Shown: one piece after another, positions 1 to 15,200 of the stretch
Numbering within the stretch: the first letter of the stretch is position 1
How the letters are laid out: every line of letters begins with the position of its first letter
Assembly: GCA_964035545.1 (NCBI GenBank)
Contig: OZ037766.1
Coordinates: 26,440,343 to 26,504,342, forward strand
Direction: 5' to 3'
Origin: Bugula neritina
Taxonomy: Eukaryota > Animalia > Bryozoa
Length of the DNA: 64,000 nt
Made by a program: the position numbers and the translations under genes
Notes under the pieces: generated by a model
Told to the model about the DNA's origin: nothing
The model's database searches: none
What the model saw: only the letters and a program-made list of their open reading frames with translations

Positions 1-252
1 ATTTTTACCAAAAATGAGAAATGTTTTACATAACAATAAAGGATGCATAAACGCTATTAAGATAAGAAAGAAACTACAAATAAAACAACTTACAGTAGAC
101 GTACACGTCTAAAAACTTACATGTGTAGTAATTACATCACCAAAGTATGGAAAAGTTAAAAACTCATAAAATAAATTAACCACACAGAGGCAGCTGCTGG
201 AACCAAGTCAAGTAGACATGGCAGGCAGCGGAATCTATATTCTATTATTACC

Positions 253-3200
253 TCTGAAGAACTTGCAGCTGATTGGTTGCTCTTGTTAGTAGACACGTTT
301 TCATAGAATGTTTGCTCTGGTTGGTCAGTTGAAGACATCCTTGACCCCTCGAAACTGCCGTGGGTGGTGGGTTTGTATTTCCTGAGAATATTCTCTATTA
401 GACGCAACATCTGCACATTATGTGTCTTCATTGCAATCTGCAATATAAATAACATAATAGTCCGAGACTAATACGCAGCATTGACAAATTTGAAAATTAA
501 AAATATACATTTACACACAAAATTTACCAACCATTGAAGTTTGGACATGATCATATTTACTCGATGAAATTTGATTTGTTACCTTGAAAGCAGTTCTACC
601 ATATTTGTCAGCATGATTTGGGTCAGCACCAAGCTGACATAAGACAGACACCACGTCCAGGTAACCCTCCTGTGCAGCTATACATAGAGGTGTAGCACCT
701 AAACAGGAAGACAACTCCTGAGTATGATAAGTTGTGACAACATTGCAGTTGGTTGCTGTGAAAAACACTTGAAGAAAATATATATTTATAATTAACTAGA
801 TATTTCTATTTGAGCAGGCCGGGGAACACAATTGCATGGGGAGGCAATAAATCATAAAATGCATTTTTAAAAAGTGCTGAACTATAACTTCCGGAAGTTT
901 TAGTTCATTGGTGCTGAGTAGCGTTTATCTTCAATATTCAGTGCACCTACATATTATATCTTTACTGCAACTCAACAAAATTAATTAGATGTGAAATATC
1001 CCTATTGAATTACATTACGTGATTAATTATTTTTAATAAGTTTGTGGTGATATGTTCAATCAAACATCATCTATATTAAAAACTGGTTACGGATTTATTG
1101 TATAAATATTCTCTTTAACGTCGTCCTTAGAGCAAGTACACTCAAAGGGCACACAATAGCGGAATACATACACCTAAAAGACATCTATCAAACACATGAT
1201 CTAAGAAGGCAATCGCAAGCAAGCAAGTTATTTTATAAAGAGAAAAGACTTAATAACTTGGCTGAATTAACTTATTGCAGAATACAGGTTTTGACAAAAA
1301 ATGAAACTAAGCAACAAAACTATCTCAGAGAATTATACGAACTAGCTGCTTTATACCATACCTTGACCGCATGTGTGGTTCACATTTGCACCTCGCTCAC
1401 ACAAGAGCTGCACGACATCCGAATGACCTTGCCAAGCAGCTGATTGTAGCGCAGTTCGCCCTTCATTATCTTCTGAGTTAGGATCTGCACCGGAATCAAG
1501 GAGATTAACTACGACCTCCATGTGTCCTTGCCAGCACGCGACGTGTAACGCTGTTCTGCCCTCTTCATCAGCAGAGTTGAGATCTGCAACAGGAAGTGAG
1601 GGAGGTGAGAGAAAGAAAATGAAGAGGTTGTGACAATGAAGAAACAAACTGAAACTCACAGTCACATTTATTTTACAATTTGGATAGAAATCCTACAGAA
1701 ATCACTTTTTGCAATTACTTTAATGATGAAAAGATAAACTAGAAACTTTATTGCTGAAACTGAAAGTATTTCATGTAGAGAACTGGTACAATATTTACAC
1801 TAGTAAGTGTGAAAATGGCTGTAGCTGAAAATTGAAACATAATATTTCATCCCTTTTTGATTATTAAACGCTACTGAACGATACTCATTAATTGTGGAGT
1901 AATTATATAAAATATGTTAAGAATAAAAAAGAACCAGTGTTATTAGCTGAAGGTATTTGAGTGGCCAGCTTTCAGTCTAAATGGAATTGCATACAATATA
2001 GAACTACACTAATAATACGTTAAATACATGGTGAGCACATGCACAATACACTACATTAATAATGGATTTCATATATAAAAACAGTATGACGTATAGCTTC
2101 TCAAAGGTCAATTTATTACATAAACCACACCATAGATGACAGCAGACGGCAGCAAACTGACCTGCCCCGGAGTCGGCAAGCAGTGTGATGCACTCGGCCC
2201 TGTTCTCCAGTGACAGCATATAGACAATACTCCTCCCTTCCAGGTCTCTGAACTCAACATCAGCTCCGTGAGATATCAGAGACTCGGCACAACTCAAATG
2301 ACCGCAGGTACAGCATACTCTGAGGGGAGTTTTACCTGCGAATAATATCATATGCATATCTCTAAACCAGGGTGTAATATATTCAAATATCAGATGTATA
2401 TCTCCACATCATGATACATAAATATGATAGGGTGCAGCCGTAGTCTAGGGGTTAGAGCGTTTGTCTAGTAAACACAAAGGTTATGGGTTCGAGCCTTGAC
2501 AAATTGGTGATGTTAGGAAAAGCATCCAGTCATAATTGCTCCTGTGCCCCATCTGAATAAGTCCTTAGCCCGATTTAACAAAAAAAAAACCCTTTTTATC
2601 AGCGGTTTTCTCACAGGGATGGTGACTATAAAATTGCGTGATTGAGTGAGTTTTATGATATATAAAGATGATAAGCTGTTACCATTATGAGCTGGAAGAT
2701 CCACCTCAGCGTCAGCAGAGACCAGCACATTCAGACACTCCAAGTGACCTTCTTGAGCTGAGAGAAAGAGAGAGGTACGCCCAAGGTCATCTTGTGTATT
2801 GACGTCAGCCCCGTATTCAAGGAGTAATACGGCTACATTTGAATGACCTTTTTCAGCAGCAAAATGCAAACAGTCAACCCCATAATTGTCTCTGTGCAGT
2901 TCATCTAAACCTATAGCAGATCAGAGTATAAATATAACATAACAACATATGTAACAGTGTATAACATAACAACATATGTAACAGTGTATAACATAACAAC
3001 ATATGTAACAGTGTATAACATAACAACATATGTAACAGTGTATAACATAACAACATATGTAACAGTGTATAACATAACAACATATGTAACAGTGTATAAC
3101 ATAACAACATATGTAACAAAATTATAGCGTAACATAAGTAACATGTACAACATAACGTAATCCAATATAGTGTAAGTTTCGTGTTTTCACAACACTAGAC

Positions 3201-6200
3201 TTGCACTGCCCATACAGACAGCATATTGATAGTAGCTTCAGCAACAAGTAGTCATAGTAGTGTACCATTTGTATACATTGTCTGCACAATAGGTCATATA
3301 GAAACATAAAACTCAAACCCTTTTTTAGTTGCTGGTCAACGAACAGCATTGTAAATTTTATATATGAGTTATACGAAAACCTTGTACCTTTCTCTAAGAA
3401 ACATGCTACTATTTCCTCATCTCCAGCTAGGCATGCTAGACCTAAGCTAGAGCGGCCATCTTGGTCTAGGTGGTGAATATCGGCGCCACTGGCAATGAGA
3501 AAATTTACAACCTGAAGAAGAGAACGACTTTATTAGAGAGAGTACGTCTACATTCGCAAGCAGCAACAAATTCAACCAACTTAACACGTGTTAGGAGCGA
3601 ATTTATAAACAGTGTTTGCTTTCTAAATGATGAAGGAAAGGCTATAAAACTCTCTTGTCCATAAGTTACACCCTCTAAGTAACAGCTGAAACAGAGCCAA
3701 GTAGCTGAGATACCCTTCATGTAGCTACAAGATATTATTCGGAACTAAAGTATTGTTGATAATAGCAGAGGGCGGAGCTACTAAGCTTACCTTCACATGA
3801 CCTTGAGACACGGCATGCAGTAGAGGAGTACACTGGATGTCATCAACAGGGTCAACTGAGATGTTAGGACTAGCCAATAGGAGTTGACATAGCTCTAGGT
3901 TCCCTTTAAACAGTAAATCATGAACTTGATAGCAATATGAGTTAATAGCACAGTGGACAGTGGTGAAGCATAGATACAGTACAACCGAGTAGTATTAGTA
4001 AGGCAAAACTTCATGACCGAAGGTAAATTAGAGAATAGTATACATAAAAACTACACCAAGAAAAAAAATAAATTAAAAGTGTATAAAACAAAAGATGCAT
4101 TGGATAAGAAGTAGAGGAGCGAAAGTGCTAATATATATGTAGTGTTGAGTTTACCTAGTGGTCCCTGTGTGTAATGGTTAGCGACTGCCTGCAAGCTGGA
4201 GGTCTCGGGTTCGAATCCCAGTGGGAGTAAAACGTTTTATGAGCTATTTTGTTTTGCAGTCAATACAATTCACAGAAAGTAGATGCATAAGATATCATGG
4301 TATAGCAGACGACCAATCATACCTGCAGAAGAAGCTTTATGAAGTGCCGTCTGCAAACTGTTATTTACTTCATTGACATCACATCCTGTTTGAAGAAGTA
4401 ACTTGGCTACTTGAACGTGATTGGTTAACTCGTCCCCAACACATGAGCATACTGCCTGTATATTTTATAAAAAAGTGAAAAGATGAGTACCGATATATAA
4501 AGTTCAGGCTAAATACAACTGCCACATAGTGCCACATAAAAGATCTTTACAAATGTTAAACAAATCCTACTATCACTATTTGTTGAAACAAGCTACAAAT
4601 TTGAACTTTGCTAGTGTTTAATGGTGCAAAAAAATTGTAGACTATGGTGTTATTAAAATCTCTAGTAGATGCTCACAATATAATATTTAGATGTAGACAT
4701 TGTAAGTATAGGTATAAATAGAAATTATACAGTACACAAGATATATTTATTATAAACTTATATATTTGCAAATTATGAAAAAGCAAAGCTTGCGAAATCA
4801 AGTCGCATTTCAGACGAAAGCCTTTCATGAGGTGATTTCACAAAAGGAAATCCAATAACCACTTGGCGTAGTTTCTGAATGAAAACTTACAGGAGTTTTA
4901 GATTTATCCTAAATTTTCAATCAGATCATTTAGCATATACAGCAACTAATTCAATTCTAAAAATAGAATAATTCGCTTTCATAATGTCAACACTTACAGT
5001 AAGTGGCGTGGAGCCGTCGGTGTCCTTGACATGAGGTGAAGCACCGGAGTTTAGCAAAGATTCAACAGTTTCTACATGACCAGCTTGACTAGCAGCGTGA
5101 AGGGCTGTAACTCCATCTACGTCTGCCTTGTTGAGGTCACACTTGTTGTTGAGTAGAAACTCTACTATAGAGTTGCACCCCCTTGAACTGGCTTCTATTA
5201 GGGCCGTTCTGTGACATACAATAATAACTTAAGAAAACAAATCACTATGCATACAATCAGTAACCAATTTCTGAGTTGAGTTGAGTCCTTTCTACCACAA
5301 ATAATAGCCTTTTTAACTAGTGATCAGAGAGATAAACTTCAGCATTTCCTTGTACTCTTAAACACTCAATAAGCCCACCAATCCTGCTAACTCAAGTGAC
5401 TCCACTAACTCTAGTAACCCGAATAGCTCCAGTAACTCAAGTCACTAGAGTAATTCCAATAACACCAGTAAATCAACAACTACACACCTCCCAGTACTAT
5501 CTGGCATATCTACTTCAGCGTCTCCAATAAGCACCAACATTTCAATAACCTGAAAATATTCAATTCCATGCATCAACAATAACAACTAGTAATGGGCAGG
5601 TGAGCAGCAATGACAGTGGCAGCAGAGGTAGCAGCAGATGCTTAGTAGTACATAATGTGTGGAGTAATAAGTAGTGTATAAACAATAATAGCCATATAAA
5701 CTGCATCATTTAATCTGAAAATAAGCTAATAACCTATATTACCGTATTATAGAAAATTATGCAGCGTTATATTTATTGGTGGAAGACAAGCGTATTAGCC
5801 AGGGTTTCACACAAAGTACAATATCTGCCACACACTGACCTCTAACTGGCATTCAGATGAAGCTAGTACAATCGGCATAAACCCCTCCTTAGTTGGAAGG
5901 TTAAAGTTCAGGCCGTCAGCGTACTGTGCTTCAAGCCATTCAATGTTGTTCAATTTGATTGCCTCAGCCAGTGTCATGGGTTCTGCAGCCTGAAGTAACC
6001 ATGAGATATGAAAATGAACACAGAGAACAAATATTTCACAAGGGAATATCCTGTCATCATAACAGAAATGGAATGCTATTATACCATACATATCAGCAGC
6101 AAAAAGTTGGTTAAACAAATTGATGTAGAAACAACTTTCCAGTGTTTCATTCAACACTTCATGTAACAAAGGCCAAGTGTATTACTTTGCAAGAGCTGAA

Positions 6201-9200
6201 TTTATGCTGAATACGAATTTGTATACTTGAATTTTTCAGCATTGTAAACAGAGCAAAATGTAGACCATAAGCAAAAATTCAACAGGTTCATCTACAGCTC
6301 AAATTGCATAAAAACTTGATATTTCCATCCTTAAAACTCTTGACACCACTTTGACGGTAAGGTATTTTAGAGAAGGGTTATTAACTTTGCCCCAAACTCT
6401 CTGGTAACATAACTTGAGGGCTCTATTACTAACCCCTTTTATATATCCTACTGTGTCTAGAGATCCCTTGCTAATAATATTGTGATGTGGTGAATAGGAC
6501 ATTTTTAGCCGAGCCAAAACATTGCTAACTGACATTTGCTTTCAGTGTTAAAAGAAAGCAGCCAAGCTATATTGTAACCAAAGGTTTAAGAATACCTGGG
6601 AGAGTGGGGCGTGGTCAACAATACCCCTTGTGTTGTCTTCAACATCCAAGTGATCTGAGTCTATCAACTCTTCATCTAAACAATCCAATTCTTCTAGAGG
6701 TGCTTCTGAGCCAGCAGCAGACACCGGGTCATGGGGTAGCTCTATAGAACATGTCAGGTCAACAGGTGCTTGCTTAGAGTCGACAGTCACATTATGAGAG
6801 CTGCTAGCAGGTACTTGTTCACAAATGTCAGTTGCATTTTGAGAGCCACCAGCAAAGTTCTGCTGAGAATTGCTGAGCACATGATGAGAGATGTCAAGAT
6901 ACGCTTCCTGTTCTGTTTTATTCGCACTACGATGTTCATCTGTTTCACAGATACCATCACATACACTCTCTGAACCTACACTGATGGTTATATCAGTCTT
7001 CAATGAACAACTTGCATCAACCTGGTTGACAGCATGGCTAACGTCTGGTCTACTACCTTCCTCCTACAACAATGCAACACCCTGCAGTCTAACCATTCCG
7101 AGAAAAGCTTTGAAAAGCTTGACAAGCTAAGAAAAACATTCAGACTAACCTCGTCATCGCTGACGTAGCTGGAGGAAAGGAGAGAGCTTCCTTCCAACTT
7201 ATCCGCGGCCGCCATTTCGCTCTCACTGTTCTGCTCTGAAGGTGAAGGTAGAAGGTGTACCTCGCTAAGCAGCATCCACACTGCCTGCTCGTGTATAGTG
7301 AGAATCGTGTTCTCGTCTGGACTACGATCAGTATTACTGCAACAAATAAGTGTGACGCTTACATTAGAGTAAATAAAGGTGTCTTGTATTTACCTTTCAA
7401 CAAACTATAGTGAAGGCTGTAGATTTACAATTCTTAGTATAAATTTAGATAACTGTATTAGACTGTTTCGATCAGAACTGCATTTACTTGAGTAAATAAA
7501 ATTCTAAATGTACTTACATAGAAAGCCGGAATAAATAGACTATATTTATATGCACTTACAGCTGGCTAAAGTAAGTAGAAATGTGTGATAAGTACAGAGA
7601 CTTACATTAAGCTAGAGTAAGTAGGACCTTGTAAGTTGCATCTCTGTATGTGGTGAGCAAACTCTCGAACTTCTCCACTGGTTAGTGTTGGCCCGCGTAC
7701 AGTGTAGTATAGAGCAAGCATCTCATGACCCTCTCTGCATACAACATATCAAATACACTTCACAGCACTGAACTACTAATCAACATGGGGCTGATAAATC
7801 TGTGAGAAATACTTTGTCTGCTGTCTTTACCTGCACACCTAGTATACTGAGTAAACTAATAGATACGCACTTCAAAAGGATAAAAAAATCCCCAAAACAC
7901 GCAGCATGCCTATTCAAAAGACATGTGATAATACACAACAGTGATGAATTAATTTTGTATGAACACAAACAGTTATATTACAGCAACGTCTCAGCATAAA
8001 ATTTACACAATGATAATTTCCGCTATACCAGGTCTTCTCCCACTACCATAGTTCAGACGATAAGAATGCTTGAAAGAAAAATATCAACACCAGAAGAATA
8101 AATTTATGTTGAAGCGGAGCAAAAGTGCCCAATAATATCTTACACAAGAGTAAATGACACATTTTTGTACATTGTCATCTCCTCCTACATAGCAGAATAT
8201 GATAGTTTTACAATGCTAAAACACTACTCTAGTTAGAGTTAGTAACCCAAGCTTCCTAAAAAATACAACAAAAACATAGGGTTGTTAAATAAAAAGTAAC
8301 TGAAATTTAAGTTAAGAAAACCTAAAAGATTTACCTCGGGTCACAAAGATAAACTCGAGAGGAAAACTTCACGTCCAACAGCCACAAGCGAAATGACGAA
8401 TGGAAAAACACCACCCGACCATCTTCATAAATACTGACTAGAATGTTGGCTATAGATTGGAGACACTGTGTAAGTTCTTCAAACTGTAAGAAAATAAATT
8501 GTATTTACTCAAATTAAAAAATATATATACATAATATTATATAATAAATATGTAAATATTATAAAAGTGTTTCATATAACAATGAACCAGGAGAAACTAT
8601 GTATATTTGGTATGCATGAACTGAAGAATGCAACACTTTGATCATTTATAAACTAATTCTAAATAAAACATACAAATGTATATAGACAATACTATAATAC
8701 AAGAGTACGGTGTCTTAAATACTTGTAAGTGTACAACAGTGCAGTAATACAGGAGCATAGCTCACGCATATTACCTTGACATGGGAGTAGCAAGTGGTAA
8801 CACAGTTGTAGATCTGTGTAGATGTGAGAGGGTGTCGACTGGCTAGAAGCACATTAAACATTGGCCTGACAAGTGACAGGTAGTGAGTGACATCTGCAAA
8901 CAGTTGCTGACACATCCAGAGATAGAGACCACCCAGGGTGCCTGGTATACTGTCAACCTGCCACAGGGACACCGAGTGGTGGGCCACAAGGTCCAATATC
9001 TAAAAGCAGTGTTTAATATGATTATCTTAGGGTCAATGCGCTGGTTTTATTTTTAAAAAATGGTAAATCACTTTTCTTAGAACATAGTGTTGTTGGAAAC
9101 CTTAACTTTTGACCATAAACTAGGCAATAAAACACATCCAGCACAACCTGAATTTATGTTTGGGCAAAAAAGTTAGTATTCAAGCATATCTAGCAGTTTC

Positions 9201-12200
9201 ATTAAAAACTTAGTTGAGATAACCCTTCCATGCCAGCATATATTTGTTGATAATTCTTGTCGCTACTTAGAATTTTTCTAGTATTGATAGCGCGCATCAG
9301 TTTAATTTCTGTTAACTTTGATTTAATTGCAACATTCCACTTCTCTACCCACAAAAAACAGTTACAAACATGTGCTAATATATTACTATCATTATTATTA
9401 TATCATATTGTTTGCCGCTGAATATTTTCATGCCATTAGAAAGCTTGGAATCTACATTAGGAGGATAATAAAAACTTTCAGTTTGTGCAGATATGTTATA
9501 TTCACTTGTCACCAACAAATCTATCAGAAATACTTGGAATTTGAAATTGTCTTCACAAAAGCACTAGCGGAAAAGCTCTGTGTTTCTGTGTTGTTTATTA
9601 ATATAATCAATATAGCACCCTCCATCTTTCGCACTATACTTCCAATCATTTTCTACTTGAATATTACATATTTACTCCTTGTTATGAATAGAAGACATTG
9701 TCAAACTAACATCACCTACCAGTTCAATATATAGAATGCAGCCATTACACTTGACATGCAGCTTATCCAGAATCTCTGCCATCTCCTTGTTTAGATGCTT
9801 CTTCAGTGAACTGTCAGAGTCGAGTCTATGCAGGATGTACTGTTGGATATCTTGGATAACTCGGGATTTGGTGATGTCATCTAGTGACAACTTCCTGAAT
9901 CCCGTAAACAGCCGACTTACTCTCTATAACATAGTATACTTACTCTCTATAACATAGTATACTTACTCTCTATAACATAGTATATATACTCTCTATAACA
10001 TAGTATACTTACTCTCTATAACATAGTATACTTACTCTGTATAACATAGTATACTTACTCTCTATAACATAGTATACTTACTCTCTATAACATAGTATAC
10101 TTACTCTCTATAACATAGTATACTTACTCTCTATAACATAGTATACTTACTCTCTATAACATAGTATACTTACTTGTATAACATAGTATACTCACTCTCT
10201 ATAACATAGTATACTTACTCTCTATAACATAGTATACTTACTCTCTATAACATAGTATACTTACTCTCTATAACATAGTATACTTACTCTCTATAACATA
10301 TTATTATACTTACTCTCTATAACATAGTATATGTACTCTCTATAACATATTATTATACTTACTCTCTATAACATAGTATACTTACTCTCTATAACATAGT
10401 ATACTTACTCTCTATAACATAGTATACTTACTCTCTATAACATATTATACTTACTCTCTATAACATATTATTATACTTACTCTCTATAACATAGTATACT
10501 TACTCTCTATAACATAGTATATGTACTCTCTATAACATAGTATACTTACTCTCTATAACATAGTATACTTACTCTCTATAACATAGTATACTTACTCTCT
10601 ATAACATAGTATACTTACTCTCTATAACATAGTATACTTACTCTCTATAACATAGTATACTTACTCTCTATAACATAGTATATGTACTCTCTATAACATA
10701 TTATACTTACTCTCTATAACATATTATACTTACTCTCTATAACATATTATTATACTTACTCTCTATAACATAGTATACTTACTCTCTATAACATAGTATA
10801 CTTACTTGTATAACATAGTATACTCACTCTCTATAACATAGTATACTTACTCTCTATAACATAGTATACTTACTCTCTATAACATAGTATACTTACTCTC
10901 TATAACATAGTATACTTACTCTCTATAACATATTATTATACTTACTCTCTATAACATAGTATATGTACTCTCTATAACATATTATTATACTTACTCTCTA
11001 TAACATAGTATACTTACTCTCTATAACATAGTATACTTACTCTCTATAACATAGTATACTTACTCTCTATAACATATTATACTTACTCTCTATAACATAT
11101 TATTATACTTACTCTCTATAACATAGTATACTTACTCTCTATAACATAGTATATGTACTCTCTATAACATAGTATACTTACTCTCTATAACATAGTATAC
11201 TTACTCTCTATAACATAGTATACTTACTCTCTATAACATAGTATACTTACTCTCTATAACATAGTATACTTACTCTCTATAACATAGTATACTTACTCTC
11301 TATAACATAGTATATGTACTCTCTATAACATAGTATACTTACTCTCTATAACATATTATACTTACTCTCTATAACATATTATTATACTTACTCTCTATAA
11401 CATAGTATACTTACTCTCTATAACATAGTATACTTACAGTGTGTATAACATAGTATACTTACTCTCTATAACATAGTATACTTACTCTCTATAACATATT
11501 ATTATACTTACTCTCTATAACATAGTATACTTACTCTCTATAACATAGTATACTTACTCTCTATAACATAGTATACTTACTCTCTATAACATAGTATACT
11601 TACTCTCTATAACATATTATACTTACTCTCTATAACATATTATTATACTTACTCTCTATAACATAGTATACTTACTCTCTATAACATAGTATACTTACTC
11701 TCTATAACATAGTATACTTACTCTCTATAACATAGTATACTTACTCTCTATAACATAGTATACTTACTCTCTATAACATAGTATACTTACTCTCTATAAC
11801 ATAGTATACTTACTCTCTATAACATAGTATACTTACTCTCTATAACATAGTATATGTACTCTCTATAACATAGTATACTTACTCTCTATAACATATTATA
11901 CTTACTCTCTATAACATATTATTATACTTACTCTCTATAACATAGTATACTTACTCTCTATAACATAGTATACTTACTCTCTATAACATAGTATACTTAC
12001 TCTCTATAACATAGTATACTTACTCTCTATAACATATTATACTTACTCTCTATAACATATTATTATACTTACTCTCTATAACATAGTATATGTACTCTCT
12101 ATAACATATTATTATACTTACTCTCTATAACATATTATACTTACTCTCTATAACATAGTATACTTACTCTCTATAACATATTATACTTACTCTCTATAAC

Positions 12201-15200
12201 ATAGTATACTTACTCTCTATAACATATTATACTTACTCTCTATAACATATTATTATACTTACTCTCTATAACATATTATACTTACTCTCTATAACATAGT
12301 ATACTTACTCTCTATAACATAGTATACTTACTCTCTATAACATAGTATACTTACTCTCTATAACATAGTATATGTACTCTCTATAACATAGTATAATTAC
12401 AGTGTGTATATATAGTAGTAAACCTATCACAGAGCACAACCTAATGCATCAAATAGCAGTTGAAGCACTGGAAGAATTGGAGTTTACTCCCCAGTGACAG
12501 AGCACTTGAGAGAAGACAACAACCATAATATGGTGATACAGTACTAATAACCACTATCTAAAGACATAAACACAAACTATGAGAATAACTAAACAGCGAC
12601 TAGAGCAATTAAATGTTCACAAGAGAATTCTGTCGACAACATTGCCCAAGAATCTGTACTAATACTAGACAAAAGAGATATGTATTTGCCAGGTTATATG
12701 GAATCTGCATACTTTAGCGTCAACAACAACTCAATTTATTTGAACAAAAATTCGCAGCCATTTTACTGTGTGTTGTTACAACAATCACATCACCATTTTT
12801 TATTGACAGGACAAAAAATATTTGCTTCAGATACATATACTCTAGTGTGGGCAGCACTTGTTTGCTGACTTGAAGTTTTACATAGTTACACTAAGCACTT
12901 GAATCCCATTGAGAAAGAGACCTACAACCATTATGACAAGGACTTAGTCACCTTGGATTTGGTTGAGCAGGTGCACACTAGAGCCAGCCATTGGGGAAAG
13001 TGTTGGTGATATTTAGACAGGAGATGGGGTATAGTGTGATGTTGAGCACCTTGGAAATCACTTGCAGCATGATCTTCAATACCTAAAACACAGGTAACAT
13101 GCAGGTTACCTGTATATTACCTGTATATTTACATTGTGCGACAAACAACCATCAGCACATTAGCATACATGGTAATATAATGGTCACCTTATCAGACAAC
13201 TAACTCTATGTCTTATTTACTGTATGTAGTCATTCACATTAAACACACAAACAAAAAATCAAACATATCTACGATAAAACTTACATTCGTCGAGTCCATC
13301 TACTAGAAGATAAAGCACTCCATCAGGTGGGCAGGTGAGTGAGTTAAGGGGGGAGATAATATTCTGCTTCATGTACTCCTCAGGATCATTGATTAGCCTA
13401 CATATACATCACAAACAATGTAATCAGCTGATTGCACAAAGAATAGGTCACAGTCTGAGGAAGTGGACAAATGAGTTTCACATCTAACCACTTTTTGTAA
13501 ACTCATGCTTGCATATAGGGGAAATTCCCTGTGTGATAACACTTCTCTGAGCTGTAGAATTATTTTGCAAACAAAGGGCATCATCTTTCTATCTATTGAA
13601 TCATTACTTAACTCTCTTTATCAAACTACAAAACTTAACACTTTTTTGAGTAAAACCAGAAAGCTTTCGTGTACCAATGTACATATAGGCATTAAATAAA
13701 TAAATAGGGGTCACCATATTGGTGAATCTAACTGGTAAATATAGTATTGTTGGAACTTGTAGGTATTTTAACAGTATCATTTGGACATGAACAACTTTTC
13801 AAATACATCAACAGAATTAGACAGCAGATGCAGAGCTTATGCTTTATTGAGCCCTTGACACTAATATTAGCTTGCAGTACTAATGCCATGTAATGATGTA
13901 ATTTCACTAGAATATAAGGTGTGTGCAGTGAACACAATACACTAACTCCAACTAATATAATCAATAACAAGTGAGTCCAGCTCCATTATTCTGCATTCCT
14001 AGCCATATTACATTTTGATTATTTATATTTATAAGACACAAAAATTAGCTCTGGCAATGGCTAGACAGAACACACATGAAGGAATAAAGACAATGGTTAG
14101 CTCATTGCAGGCTTTTGCCAGCTGGAAAACATATTCCAATGGCACCAGTAACATCCCAGTGTGTATCACCGCCTAAATACATCAATTATATTATTTAAAC
14201 TGTTAAAGACTTATTGATTAATGAATGCCAGTAAGAAAACCAACTCAAACCAAGCACTGTACAAATAGTGCTTCATTAGCATGCAATGTCCTTGGATACC
14301 AATAGCTTTGCTGACAAGTAAAGTTAACCAAGATACAGTAGAAAAGTTGCCAAGGCATTACCTGGGTAGGCTGTTTATAAGACAAAGTAAATAAGTAAAT
14401 ATACTGTTCTATTACAATTGGCTGAGCCCACATACATGTGCTATACATTTATAAGCTGCCAATGTAGAGACATCTGCAAAATCAAACAAAATCTAAAAAT
14501 GCTTGTTCTAGTTAAATATTATAGCACAACAACTTTTGCCCATTCAAATTTTATCAGATATTGAACCAATTTAAGAATATAGAATTATATTGGTGAGGAA
14601 ATTTTCCTCAAAGAAGCTTACATTATAGAATTATTCCAAACAACAAAAAACTCACAATTCACATAGCTGCATGTCACAAAAGCACAAATATAGTCTGGAC
14701 AACTATCTGTCACTACTGGACAGGTGTCTGGATATCTACCTGCCACTGCTGAGCAGGTGTGTTATAAATGTGTACCTGTTAGATGAAGAAGACTTGGCGA
14801 GAGAGTGTCTGTAGTGTTCACCAATAACCTCATGCTCAACCAGTTGTCGACATAATGACCGCAAGAAGTTCATGGCTGAGAGGGACTCGTTGAGAGTGAC
14901 TGAACAGAAGTGATAGCCCAGCAGTTTCTTCCTAAGAGTCACCTAAGAAGAGGTACAGTAAACAAATCTAGCTATAAAGCTCCAAAACTTTTAACCCGTC
15001 TTAGCAGCAAGCAGTAAAAAAACTCACATTACTTTATAGTCACTATCCCTGTAGGAATCCCTGATGGAAAGGGCTTTCTTCAAAGCGGGCTAAGGACTTA
15101 TTCATCTGTGCCACAGGAGCAATTATGACTGAACCTCTTTCTAACATCACCATCAGTGATTAAACTCAAACCCCTGACTGTGTGTTTACCAGGCCAGCAC

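Noticed and set aside
2901-3165. Repetitive ORFs (MLLCYTLLH)n and (YTVTYVVML)n
   Set aside because: These are translations of an intronic minisatellite.
6990-7150. Apparent frameshift between ORFs 7000-7281 and 6548-7003
   Set aside because: Resolved by a normal GT-AG intron at about 7149-7064, so it is not a pseudogene lesion.
9327-9734. 135-aa plus-strand ORF
   Set aside because: AT-rich, antisense to an ANKRD50 intron, non-ATG start and no recognisable domain.
9915-12410. CRISPR-like array
   Set aside because: Units are contiguous with no unique spacers, there are no cas genes and the context is a eukaryotic intron.
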